From Paragordius varius (lineage: Eukaryota > Animalia > Nematomorpha): a stretch of 64,000 nt of DNA. Below, piece after piece: positions 50,498-64,000 of the stretch (its first letter is position 1; every line of letters begins with the position of its first letter). The notes beneath the pieces were generated by a model. That model worked only from the letters and a program-made list of their open reading frames with translations. It did no database searches and was not told where the DNA came from. The DNA lies in NCBI GenBank assembly GCA_964247055.1, contig OZ176055.1, positions 5,828,001 to 5,892,000 on the forward strand, read 5' to 3'. Both the position numbers and the translations under genes were made by a program.

Positions 50498-53400
50498 TCA
50501 TTGTTTATCTATGAGATATGCTCGATTAGCTATATCATTAACCGAATGAATACGGACATTTTGATCCGTTTCAAGAGAGTTGGAAGAAGTACTTATAAAA
50601 GTTTCCGTGCCGTGTTCATCGATTTCTGAGTTTATGGTTGTTATCGTTATAGCTGAATCCTGACTTCCTCTGCCCGTAGTTTTAGCAGTGGGACCGTTAA
50701 CAAAATTCATATAACCATTGTCTGAAAAATTGAGTTTACTTATATCGTCTCCTCGGTTATCATTTTCAAATGTTAGCCGTATCTCTTCACACAATCGTTC
50801 ATCCATCCCATTTCGATCGTCAACAAGTCCATCCATATTATCAAGGAAGAGTTGTTGAGATAACTTTTCACTTTTGAGTGCTAATCTCCGTAATTTTATA
50901 TGCCGATAAAGCTTGGTACCACAAACGGCACCCACAACACTAATGAACCCGGTAATGAGTATGGCTACGCACAGCAATAGCGTATACCGTATATTAATTC
51001 CAGCCCGACTGTTTTGTAGAGGTTTGGTTGATTTTTCGTCATTATATAGGCCCAAAATCAATGGCCTTAAGACATTGTTTTCTCGGTTTGATCGAGATAT
51101 CGGGTAACGATATTGAATGCATGATAAATGATAGGTTATTTGAGTGAAAGATGACACGGGTTTTAGAGTAGAAGATTTGATTAGCGTTAAGCAAACGTTA
51201 TATATTACATCTTTTTTCAGGGCTCGTAATCGGAAACTTCCTTTGTCCACAAACTCGTGATTTAAATTTATCTTATCCTTTATATTTTTAACTATTGCCA
51301 ATTGGTCTGAAGCGATTGCATTTGGTGTATTCATTAAATCATAAAAATCTGGATTAATTATTTTGCCCATATTTGAATCTCCTATAACATGAGTGGTTAT
51401 AACCATGGTCACGATTGAGTTATTTAATGGACCAAGTGCGGTTTTGTTTAATATTTTCATCCAATTGGAATATAAGTTAGTGTAAAAATATTTTTTATTA
51501 TTTTTTGAAATGTTTGTCGTATCCGGTTGGTAATGTATAAAATATTCTATATCAACAAAGTTTTTTCCCTTCAATGATACTATTTTTAAAGCAGCCTTGG
51601 GTTTTTCTACCATAATTTTTATTGTATAACTTTGTTGAGTAATATAATTAGTTCCTAGGACTGGATCACGACGTTCTTTAGGTATAATACATCGATAAAT
51701 ACCTCCAGCCAAAGTTTCCTCCATATTATTTAATAAAAGTGTACCTTCAATATTAAGTGGTGTGGAGCTTGAATCTAAGTTTAAATGATCATATTTGGTA
51801 AATTTTATTTCCCTGTCACCTGGATATAAAGTATTCTTATCCGCGGTGTTTTGAGCAGATAGGGGAATAAGCCAATAAGGCTTAATATGTGCATAATCCC
51901 CATAAACTTTGCACGGTAAAGCAATTCCATCAACACTTAATATATCTCGAATAGAGAGTTGTATAACTGGAACTAACAACTCATGCACTATACGGTTATT
52001 GTTCGTATTACATTTTAGAAATTTTTCAAAGAATAACGGATTGATATCGACTGGAAGTTCCGGAGCAAAGGGTATATTGGGTTCTTTCAAAACCTGGTTT
52101 TTGGAACGTGAACCATTGAAAGTAGTGTTTTGAGAAGAATCTAAATCTATCACAGAAACGAGCAGAGGTTTTTTTGTATTCAAGGTTAAATTTGTTTCGG
52201 GCATAGAACTTTGGTTTTTGAATTTTATTGGTCCAAAATTTTTACCAAATATATAATGAGTTTGGTTGTTAAGACATGCAAAAAGTGAATCATTCGGATG
52301 TATCGAAATAATCATTTCGCGTTCCATTAATTTCTATTGATCAAAATAAGCATTATGTTTTAGAAATCAAAAATTACCTATAATTTGATATTTTTGAAAA
52401 ATGAAACTGTCATAAATTAGCATAATACCGAAAAATTAATAAAATATGCCATAAAGAAATATTTATCATAAATAATGAGTCATATTGGCCCAAGTTCAAG
52501 GGTGAATTTGATTAATATATAATCCCTAAACGTATATGTTGATCTATATTTTCTTAACCAAAAAAGAGGCCTCATGTAAAATATAAATAAAACCTTGTAA
52601 ATCCAAAACGTTTGACAATCACACCCTATAGGGTTATTGTGGATCGATAAAATAGCCAAGGAGGATAAATGCGTAATTACATCCTCTTGCAATTGTTTCA
52701 AATTGTTTTTGGATAAATCGATTTCTTCCAACGTGGGCAATTGGTAAAAGGCTTTAGGTGCGACATATATGAGGTGTCTATTATGGGACAGCGTGATACT
52801 TTGCAAACCTTTAAGGCCACTAAATGCATGAGCTTCAATGATTCTTAAATGCTTTGAATGGCTTATAGAGAGCTGTGTAATGGTATAATTTTGACCAGCT
52901 GCAAATGTTTGAGGCGTAATATATTCAAAATGATTTCCATTTAATTTGAGTTTATTCATGTGCATGAAACCGTAAACGCCTCTATCATAACTCGTTATAG
53001 ATATAAAGTTTGATGGATTGACGATGGAATTATCTGATAAATCTAGTAATCCTTTGATGTTTAACCGTATGGATGCCGCATGAGGTGCAAAAAATTCAAA
53101 ACTTACATAAGTGATTGAATTATTGCGGGCTAATATTGTGTCTATATTACGTATTATTTTATTAGTAGTTTGTTTATTACCGCCTGAATAATTTTTTGAT
53201 AGACTACCAACTATATTAAACTGTAAACTTGTTAACATATTATTATTCATATTGATGGTATTTAATGCGGGGAATAAATTCAGCAGGTCCGGTTCCATAA
53301 CTGTCAATCTATTGTCATTTAAAATAATTTCCGTTAAATTTATACCCTTGAATCGTAATTTGGTTAACATTTTGTCAAGTTCACTCGATTGTAGATGTTG

Positions 53401-53691
53401 ATAAGATGCATTAAGCATTGTACCACTTTTTGAAAGAAAATGGCTATAATTAGTGATACTTGAGTTTTGATGTATAGTAGGCAAGAACGGCGATTTTGAT
53501 ACCCCTTTTAAAATTTCGCTAATTTTTGTAGTGAATAATGTGGACGTACTATTAGCTGACAATAAATCCGTTTGGAGTGAATAGAAGGATGAGAGGATAA
53601 AAAATAGGATAAAAGTCATTCCAGACGACACATTAAACGTAAATCTTTTGAGAATTTTATGGAGCGTTACATTGATTAATGCTGGCATCAT
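50498..53691 (-). CDS. LRR-Ig-FN3 single-pass receptor (LRRN/LIG-family-like), two exons, about 975 aa
   Basis: Exon 1 (53691-52594) has a hydrophobic leader, LRRs (IIEAHAFSGLKGLQSITLSHN..., LEEIDLSKNNL) and the start of LRRCT (NNPIGCDC..WI). A phase-0 intron spans 52593-52334. Exon 2 (52333-50498) has an Ig-like domain (LPCKV...YW...GGIYRC), an FN3-like region (LRALKKDVIYNVCL), a TM (LLLCVAILITGFISVVGAVC) and a cytoplasmic tail. Confidence 0.85.
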
Positions 53692-54959
53692 AGATATCAA
53701 CGGGTCACATACTCTTTCGACAACTTAATCAGCATATAAAGTTTTCAAAGAATCTTATTTATCTTTAAAGTTGTTTTATTAGAGATTTTGTTTATAAATA
53801 ATGTAATTAGCAAGATTAGTTGAATGAAACATGATCACCAAAATTGATGTAAAAAATCGTATTTTTATTTGAAGATTATAATTAGTACTATTATAGATAG
53901 GCAAACATTACAAGAGTACTTATTGTTAAATAGAATCAAAAAATAAAGAAATGATTCCTTTGGGACCATACCATGCAATGATATAATCAAAAGAGAAGTA
54001 GAGAGAGATCGCTAAAGAAGATATTTATTCCCTGTGCTAGATGGCTTAGAATTATCAAAATAATTTGATGGCAAGACAGGCTTTAAATACGGGGATCACA
54101 TCATAATAATATTTGTCTGTATTAGATAAAGTGATAAATAACTCTTTTTAGTAGGCGATAATCAAAATACCAATACATACATTTTTGGAATATGTAAAAA
54201 ATCCCCCATCGAAAATGCTATTAGAAGAATTTTCTATCGATTTATTTAATATTCTATTATGGTTATAAAACGACGCGAAAAAATAAAAATAATTTCGAAT
54301 TATATATAGATATAATTCAAAAGAAGCGAGTTTTTTAAAGCACAAAAATATTTTGCAATAAAATACGGTGATTGATTTATTATTTATTGTAGTAATAAAT
54401 ACTATTTTTTCGTTTTTGAAAAAAAAAAACAGAAAATTAAAGGCAAAATTGGATAGATATGATGTTCGAAAACCACTAAAAATTTAATTAAATTTTCTTC
54501 AAATAAATTCTTTAACAACAAACACATATAAAATATATTTCATCGCATGTTGCTGTATGAAATAAAAATCTTAATTTAATTTTTTATCATTTAAAATATG
54601 GATAATATGTAATTTAAAAAATGGTAAAACAATAAAGATAATAATTTATATTTTTGTGTGTGTGTTGAGTATAAATGAAATGCCATATTATAAAGTACAA
54701 ATATATTTTGAATAAATTATTTTTTAAGTTTTCTTGACTATGGTGTGGCTTGTGTACGTACGTATTTTAAATACAAAATTCTTTCTTAGACTAATTTTTA
54801 CCAGCCGACGTTATTTTTGGTAACAATAGATATTAATCATACTGCAAAAAATATTAGAAGCTAAAGTTGATTTTGAACCTTGATTGTTACAATAAAAGTA
54901 AATCATGCGGTTTAAAATAGGATGAAAAAATTTAAATGTGTTGAGAATATCTGCTAAAT

Positions 54960-54963
<4 letters not shown>

Positions 54964-54994
<31 letters not shown>
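54964..54994. repeat. (TA)n microsatellite
   Basis: Pure TA run. Confidence 0.95.
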
Positions 54995-54998
<4 letters not shown>

Positions 54999-56517
54999 TT
55001 TTTTACAAATTGTGTCACAGTTAAGGGATTCATAATTTTCAGTGTCCATAAAATTTTTTGTATTTTTAGATGTAAAATACTTTAGTTTTATTGTAAATAC
55101 TCACATGTATTGGATAAAAAGAGCCGTTTACATTTTAAATTTTTTTTGAGTTAAAAACATAAAGTTGACTCTTTAAATGAAAATTTATGGAATTAATTAA
55201 AATTTTATAATATAACTGAAAAAAATAATTGCCTTGTGCTCTAACTTTTTAAATCAATAAACTTGATGGTAGTGTATTGGGAAAGGGTATTATGCAGCAC
55301 TGCAGACATATTGGAATACAAAATCTATCGTTGATTTTTTTATTGCGATTGCATTTCTATATTTTTATTGAACTTTAGTGTTAAATCAAACAGAAATTTT
55401 ATTTTTGACTGCTAATATTTGTTAAAACTCTAATATTTTTTATTCTGATGCATAGCATTTTTCTCTTGGGGCCAAATTTGAGGTTTATTGGGTTGCACAA
55501 ATATTATAGATTGTTTATATTTTGCGTGTAACATCTTATTATAAATGCACAATCTCAAATTATATTTATAAATATATATTTGGAACAGATAATTGCTGAA
55601 ATATAAAAATGGTAAAATATAGGTTAGAAATAATGTAAAAAATATCATGTCTGCAGATTGTCATTTATTTACCTGTGCAAACATAGATACCTTTTTATTA
55701 TGAGTCAAAAATAAGCGTTATAATACTTAAATACAAAATTGGTTAATCAAATAATTTTTTTGATAATTATATTATTCCTTCATAAATTCATTCTGAACAG
55801 AAACTGTATTTTTCTTTTAATTTATCATTTTGACATAAAAATTAGCGAATCCTCTGCTAAAAACAACATTAATTTTCCAGCAAATAACCTTTGCAGTAAA
55901 TTTATCAAGTATAATTTATTCAGTAATGTTGATACATACATTGTATTATTATATAATCCACTTAGCTCCTTTTACGCTCTATAATAATGAATTTATTCGG
56001 ATTTCTAGCTTGTCATTTAATATATCTGAAAAATACGAGAAGAGGACAAGATAAAAAATCAAGGACGAAAATGCGATAACCTGTTTAATGTTGAAATAAA
56101 TTTTCATAGAATGATTTGTTAATTAATTTTGTGCGATTACAAAATAAATGTTAATATTCTTGAATTTCTTATGAGAAAATATATTTTGTATTGAAGATAT
56201 TTTCATGTCTTAAAATTTATGATTGTAATTTATAAAAATGGGGATAAAATGGTTTATTATATGAAAATGCTACTTACTTGGTACAGTTATTTGTTAAATA
56301 CTAATATAAGGAAAAGTAAGAGAGTCGCCTTTTTAAAAAACTAAACTTTGACACTATTCTTTTTAACAAAAGTATTATAAATAAATAAATAATTTATTAA
56401 GAATTACATAACAACAATAATAATTAAATTTTAATTATATATATACATTAAATATTATTGCAATAAATAGCAAGAGGTGTCCAAACACACATATAAAGAC
56501 ATATAAAAGTAGTCATT

Positions 56518-59500
56518 TTATAACGTTTCTAAGGTTACTAAAGTGGAATGTAGATTTTGAATTCGTCTAAATTCTTCCAATAGTTCATCAAAATTCAAGT
56601 CATGTCCAACACTGTAACATTATATAACTTTTTTTAAAACATAACTCAACATAATTTAATGTATATTACATTAAATTTTAATTAAATTAAGGCAATTTAG
56701 TCCACCAATTATAAAGCAAAAATTTTATCATCATCAGTAATGTCATACAAAGTAAAAAAAATGATGCGTCTTTAAACTTTATAATAAATTGAGGTTTTGC
56801 GCGATACATATATTAATTTACTTCAATTAACAAATTAAATGTCAAGCAGACAGTTTTATATACTTTTAGGCACTCGCTTGAAAAAATACTATATTAATTA
56901 ATCAAAGTATTTCTTTTGACACAAATTCAATTATATTTTAATAATATATTCTATAAATAAATATTGATTTAACTTATATTTAGCGTAATATTATAGATCC
57001 TTTGTCAAATATAAAAAAGCAATGAGTAAGTTTGCGGTTAAATTTTTGAAAAAAATAAAAATATCAAGCCTCGGATTTAATGGTGATTGGGTATTTGAAA
57101 TTTTTGACGGTACAGAATTTTGATGGTTAATATTGTATAATTGAGGTAAACATTTGAGACGTTCATTCAGTGCTTTGAATGCCGAGCTTTGTGGTAGAAT
57201 CATTAAAAGTCCATACAGAGTTTTAACAAGATAAGTGTTTGATTCGGGTTCCAGCAGCTTTAGTCTAACGACTAATAATAAATATATGTAATGCAAAAAT
57301 GTTAACAATCAAATGACAAAATTTTGGGTATTATTTTAAAAAAGTAGAAATTTTTAATGTAAGTTATGTAAAAAACTTCCAAATTATACAAAATGGAAGC
57401 TAAATCACAACTATCTGAAAAGGACCAAATGTAAAATTATTTAGAAGACATAACTTACACATAAATATGGGCGATTCTAAAAGCTGGATAAGTTTATCGA
57501 TTTCAACCAAGAAATCAAGGGTAACCGGTACATAATCAGTGGAGAAAGTTTGTAAAACATGGTAAGCATGAGCGAAATTTTGTGTGAGTAAACATAGCGA
57601 TAGTGTGGCTATTGCATTGTGGCACCACAAATGATACAACGTAAGAAAGAGATTTAGACTCTTCTAAATATGGATTAAAAACAAATGTTTTTAGATTTCT
57701 AATTTATTTTTTAGCGTGTAATTAATAATTTCTAAAAATGCGTATCGTTTAAAACTTAGTAAACCACCAATGTTTTAAATGGATTGTTTTGGAAAAGAAT
57801 TATTTGATAGAAACCTACACAATGGAGCGAACTATCATAAATAATTATTAATAATAATTATTTTGTTGAAGGGTGATTAATAGTAATAACTAAAACAATT
57901 AACAAAAAATCAAAAGTGTTAATAATAACATATCTTTTTATTTATAAATAATTATTCAATCTAACTAACTAAAATAGTAAAAAAATATTTTTAAATAAAA
58001 TCCTAAAATAATCAACTTGATTGCCATTCGGAAACGATTTTAAATCATTCCTAAGCGTATACAGTTCGGGTGTTGTCATGAGTATTGTATTCATTAAATG
58101 AACCATTTTTGCAAGAAATTTTAGTTTATTCGGTTCTGTATGGTAAATACGAGCCGAAGACTTTATATATGTTGAACTTTGTTTTTGATTATTATTCTCT
58201 GGTTTAGGATTGTCGCTAACCACTTTTGATTCAGATAGATGCGATAAAATTTTGGCCATATTGATATAGATATCGTAAGGGCATACGTATAGACATAGTT
58301 TTCTATCCAACAAATTATTCAGGTTAATTCAAATCAAACTTTACTCAAAATTTTCAAAAAACTTTTAAAAAAAAGTTAAGTAACCTGACTATAAAAATGC
58401 TTCGGGAATCAAAAAAACTTTCCCATTTTTGTTGACTTAATTCATTATTGTCTAGTAATTTGGTATCATTTCTTATGTCATTACCACTATGTTTTATCGT
58501 ATTGTCATCGGCTAAGATATTTATGGCAGGTTTAACTAATGATAAATTTGGATTGTTTGTATTAGAAGTGCTTATACTATTACTCCGTTTATTATTGATA
58601 TTATTATTATAATTATGCATTATGGGTGTTATGTTACCAGAAGATGGTTCCAAAACATTATTCAGTTGTTTAGGAGGTTTATTAAACAAAGTTTCTGCGA
58701 AAAATTATAAAAATAATATATAATTTTTTGTGCTAACTGTTCTAAAAATAAATTTATTTACATAAATTTTCACCAAATTAAATATATTGGCGAAATGACA
58801 AATCACAATAGAAAGGCAATTAAGTTTTAAAATAAATAGCAAATTATTAATGATCGTTACATCTAACTTTATCAAATTAAACAAAAATATAGAAAGACAT
58901 TAAATTAAGATATAAATTAAATTTTTATATATTTTTATTTAAATCCATTTAAATTAAATGAATTTGGATTTTTATAATGGAAATTCATTAATTTTATAAT
59001 TATAATGTTTTATGAACAAATATCATACAAAGTAAACCAATTAAAATTATTCAAATAGTCTTTTTACAAATTATAAAAATATATAACTATACTTGAATCT
59101 CCCAATATTTTATTGTGACCATAGTTATTTTTTAACGCCTCTTCCTCCATAAATTTCGTTAGAAATAAATCTATTAACGCTTCCATAAAATGATTCATGT
59201 GATAATTAGGCAGGTTAGATTTTTCCAAAGAAGATAGCTCATGGCCTTCGCCATCCTTTTCAGTAAAAAATTTTGAAAATGATAATAATTTGTCAGAATC
59301 TACGCAACAAATTTGTGCCATGACACGAATATCGACTAAAACTACTTCATCCGAGGGATCAAGCAAAGAATGCATAAGCACGGGGAAAATTTCACCAATG
59401 TGATCTGACATCTAAAATAAATTAGCTCTTAGACTAATGAATTTTTAAACGTTTTTATATGAGTTTCATGTTGAAAATCGCTTTAAATGTGATATATGCC

Positions 59501-62500
59501 AAGCCCAAAATTACAAATTATTTAAATATATTTGAGTTACTAAATAATCATATCATTCCAAATAAAAATTACTTTGTGAGGTAAATGTTCAAATAGTTTG
59601 GATATCCAATTAAGTACGGCAAGACGGGTAGATTCACTAGCTGGTTGATTTTGCATGTGACTAAGTAGGATACTTATCATATTACGGATATCAAGACCGG
59701 CGTTCGCTGCATCTGAAAGCAAATTTTTGGAGACTGCAACCGATTGACTTCGGTTAAGGCGACTCATAATCTTGTTGCCAATAAAACTGAAAAATTGTCA
59801 GACAGTCAGTAAATTTAATAAATTAATATGCCAAAATTTATTTGATTGAGGCGTTTAATTCCTATTCCTTTATTGTTCTTAACTGTATTCAATATAGTTC
59901 CTATATTGTTATCTTTAGACTATGTATTTAGATTAATATAGCTAATATATATGTCGTGAAATAGCGAAAAACCCTAAACATAGTCTGCAGCCTAAAAAGA
60001 CTTCTATTAATTAAAATTTTAATGAGTTGGTTTTAATTCGTATATTTGGTTATCTTAAACAATCGTCCCGTCCCATCTTCCCATTCGTAAACAATTAAGA
60101 AACAACAGACGTTTTCACAAATTATGAATGCGACAACTAAAATAGATAATCCAACATGAACACGCTTTATCTGTATCGGCGAGATTTTTAAAAAAGTATA
60201 CAAGTTACTTTAAGAGGCGTCTCACCTCTATTAATAAATAGGCTATTAAAGGGGGACTAAAGATAGCTCTAGCCTACGCTACCGAAATACACTAGTATAA
60301 ATATATCTCTCCAAACTTAGATAGCTAAAAAAATAATATGAAACAATGTCCCAAAAAACACAAAAATGAAATAATAAAGTTTTTACGAAAGAGCAGACTA
60401 ATATTTGGGCCATGTAGAGTGAGGACAAACCGACCTTTGTTGTAAACCATTTAACATTGAAACAACCGTAAAATATAACCAAGGCACACTTGGAATGATA
60501 ATATAGCATAAAGCAAGACTAAAAACCATTAAATAAGGATACTACCAATGTACAGACCTGTACTCAAACCGCTGACCAAGGGCCTAGAAGTGCTTTTTTA
60601 TGCCTTTAAAATTATTTATAAATTTTTTGATGTCCTTATTTAGAGATAAATATCCATGTGTCAAACAGCTATAAAATTCTATCGATGGCCCAATGTCATT
60701 AAACACAAATTAAAAAAAAGAGAATCAAAGCTCATTCTGATTTCAATTATTTTTCAGTCACATAACATTGTGTTTGTTTACCAAGGTGCTCCTATAACTC
60801 TGGGCGCAAATAAGGGGAGTAAAAAGTAAAACTTAGATGTAATAACTCATTCATGAGAAAAAATATTAAATGTATGCAGTGTGTAGAATATTCCCTAAAT
60901 ATAAACTTTATATATATGGTCAAATAAAACAGAATATTATATTCAAAATAATAATAATAATTACTTTCTAAAAGCATCACAATGGATAATTAAAATAAAA
61001 TGTGCTTATTTCTGATTCAAATACCTTCATTTTTTGTCAAAAATATTTACCTAATCTTAGAATCCTTGGGTGTTTTAACAGTTTTCCCAGCAGTTTCTTT
61101 ATCTGTTAATAAACCATTTTGATCTATATCTTCATGTTTTACAACGTTTCCATTGGTTTGTTCATGAACTGTTTGATTCGTTTGATAATTATTATGGTTT
61201 TTTTCGGTTGAATTCGGTTTTCCCCACGTAATGATCAGATTTAAAAGCGTTTTATTGATCGTGTCTGCACTCTGACCCATGGTACTCGTAAAAAAATGTT
61301 CCAAATTTTTGTTATACGAATAAAATAAGGGGTGAAAAATCATGTTTTCTTTTCATCCATAAAATAAGAAAAATTGAAAATTAAAATTTTTTGTGTTTAA
61401 CTTTTGTGTTGATGATAAAATATATTTAGTTTTGATAAATGTAAAAATCCCCTCTTTTGCATGGATATTACTTACAATATCGTATCATATAATAAAGAGC
61501 CAAAAAAAGTTGAGATATTTTGTTCATAAACATGATGTTTTATATCGCGTAAAATATTAATTATATTCGCGCAAATAACATAAAAAATTTTAATTCCAAA
61601 TTTTATTTTTAGGATCCATCAAAACAAAAAATAAACATGGCAGAGAAGGGAAAATATAAAATCTAACAAGAAAAAAACTATTTGCACAATAATAACGAGT
61701 TGAAAGCAGTTTGACAAATTAATGTATATCAAAAAAAATATTCAAATTTTATGTAGAAAAAAATCCCGGTTTATAATTTACAAACCATTTTCATAATAAA
61801 TGTCATAAAAAAAATAATTCTTTATTACAATAATTCATTTTTATATAATTTGCAATAAATTATTAAGTATTTTATTATAAAATAATTTATTTGACTTATC
61901 TTTTAAATAAATTTTCTTCGGGGGAATTATTGGCACATGCATTGATATCGTAGCCAAAATCGCTTTCTAAGATTTATAAATAATGGATTGTTTTGAAATA
62001 CTTTTAAAATTTAAATATTTGAGATAAAACGTATATTTAAAAAGTTAATCATATTTTTCTTCCTTTTTAATTTAATATATTGTTTTGAATTGCAAAATTA
62101 GGAATATAGATGTAAATTGGTAATATAAAAAATAAGATTTAAAAATATGGTTGTTGTTCAAAAAAAATATTAATCTTTAAATTTATAATTTTAGTTTTTA
62201 CTGTAATATATATACCTTTAGGGGCGGCCTTCAAACACGGTAAAATAGCGGTAAGTAGGATTGGAAAAAAAGGAAATATATCTTGGGGTGGTAAAAGCAT
62301 GACAAACGCTTTAATCCAATTTAGTGCTATTTCCTGGACACTTTCGTCTGGCATAAACATAAAAAAAATTAAATTGAAAAAAATTTAAAAGGGTTAATTT
62401 TCGAACCTTTATTTTTTTGATATTGAAAATTGTTAGATTAATATATTGACATAAAATTAAGAGAAAACGTGAAAACTAAAATATAATTTTTAAAAATCAT

Positions 62501-63604
62501 ACTTTTTAAACCTTATGTAATTAATCTAGTTAAATAATAGATGAGTTAAACCAATTTACACGTCTATTTAATTTTTACCCAAAATTATGGGTTAATTACA
62601 AAATCAAAGTCTTTTTTACGTGTCTCTATTATTTCTATTTTAACTATAAATAAAAATATGAAAAATATGCTTTATACTATTGGATTTGCAATGAATAATG
62701 AGTATATTTATAAGGGTTGTCCCATCAATATGTTCGCTAATATAATCATCCGTGGGTTCCTGAGAATTTACATCCTCAAAATTTTGAGTTGTTTTGTCCG
62801 CAAAAATGTCAACAATTTCTTTGAGTATATTATCGAGCAAGTTTTGACATCTAATTTAATTTTACAGTATATATCATTTAAGAAAAGAATATAAAATTTA
62901 ATTATCATAATCTCATAATTTCTTTTTTATCCTACTGATAATAAAGTACTAATTTAAAATGTAAAAACTATTCAATGTTTTAAATTTTTATACCAAAATA
63001 GAATAAATGAGATAAATATACGCTTTTTTAACGGGTGGATTTTCATCATCGAGAATCAAAAGAAGTCCATCCAAAAATTTGGGTAAATTATATAATATAA
63101 TTTTGTTTCGTTCTTTCCCAGTGATATCATTGATAAGTGCTAACTATCGTTTTAAATGGAAAAAGTTTATGTCACTAACTGTTTATGATTTAAATATAAA
63201 AATTATCAATATATTCGTATAAACAAACGTAAATATATAAATCATTATAAATATTTTGGATTAATACAATCTTAATTAATGAATATGATTGAAAAAAATA
63301 ATGATTGGGAAAAATCAATTTTTCTCTCAATAAATTTAGCTTCATAACTGTAAACTAGTTTTTGAATTACCCATGATACGACAAAATTTCGACCAAACGA
63401 ATTTTTAGTATAAATCATATCCTTTAACATATCTATGAGGGCTTCGAAAAGAATGTTATTTGATTCCTGTATTATTTCTGATTGCGCTTTGGGTTTTGGC
63501 AAAATGCCAGTCAAGATTCTGTAATTTTCAATCACGATATCTTTCACAAGGCGATCTAGAGGCTCAGATCCGTTTCGGACATTTTGATCAATGTCACATG
63601 AGAT
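56518..63604 (-). CDS. VAC14: VAC14 (PIKfyve/FIG4 scaffold), 5' exons outside the window
   Basis: Exons include 63604-63371 ([19 protein letters not shown]), 63143-63022 ([14 protein letters not shown]), 62850-62678, from 62347 (IALNWIKAF...LLTAILPCL), ~59786-59573 (TRLAVLNW), from 59411 ([17 protein letters not shown]), from 58302 ([11 protein letters not shown]), ~57640 ([16 protein letters not shown]...[14 protein letters not shown]), ~57270 ([14 protein letters not shown]) and 56612-56518 ([13 protein letters not shown], stop). Some internal boundaries are approximate. Confidence 0.93.
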
Positions 63605-64000
63605 CTATATAAGCATAAAATGGGAAAATCTAATTAATATTTTTATATATTTAAAAAAAAACTAATCAAAAAAAAATGCTGGCAAGAATGGTGATAATTC
63701 AAAATGGTGACTCAATGGTGCTTACCAAAAATTTTAAAGGGCCAAAAAAAATTTTTTGTGTTAAAGGACATAATACCGATAAAATTTTTATAACTGTTTG
63801 ACACATTTGCACATATTGATACGCCAAATAAGTACATCAAAAAAAATAATAAATAATTCAGGGCCATAAAAAACACCTTTAGGTCCGTATGCGGCCCGTG
63901 GTCCGCGTTTTGATTATTACTGTGAACTATTTAAAAAGGAAATCATATAAATAATACAGATTTATGATATAAATTTATTATATGAATTAATAATGTTGAA

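Noticed and set aside
50913-52133. Plus-strand ORFs 50913-51107 and 51909-52133
   Set aside because: Antisense shadows of the long LRR receptor exon.
53800-56400. Several 60-80-aa ORFs between the LRR gene and VAC14
   Set aside because: They are F/I/L/K/Y-rich translations typical of AT-rich non-coding DNA, with no motifs or consistent splice pattern.

Overview
AT-rich, intron-containing animal genomic DNA. No prokaryotic operons, rRNA, tRNA or CRISPR array were recognised. The species cannot be determined from sequence alone. The window holds: (1) a complete 13-14-exon HRD1/SYVN1 E3 ligase gene on the minus strand (540-6487) whose first intron appears to be only 22 nt; (2) a transposon-rich interval with TTAA-flanked piggyBac-type MITEs, TA-flanked MITEs, two decayed mariner transposases, a hAT remnant and a decayed SUGT1 gene fragment; (3) three orphan secreted or membrane genes (FN3/Ig protein, small single-pass protein with a PPxY motif, prohormone-like precursor); (4) two tandem SLC6 amino-acid-type transporter paralogues (about 29623-39866 and about 41377-48559). 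These share unusual residues at the Na+/Cl- sites, differ strongly in extracellular loop 2 (copy B has an ~190-aa loop with an RVKR site), and copy A carries a decayed RTE/BovB-like LINE in an intron; (5) a two-exon LRR-Ig-FN3-TM (LRRN-like) receptor gene; (6) the 3' part of VAC14, whose 5' exons lie beyond the window. Exon structures were read by hand from GT-AG sites, phase and remembered family motifs. No database search was run.
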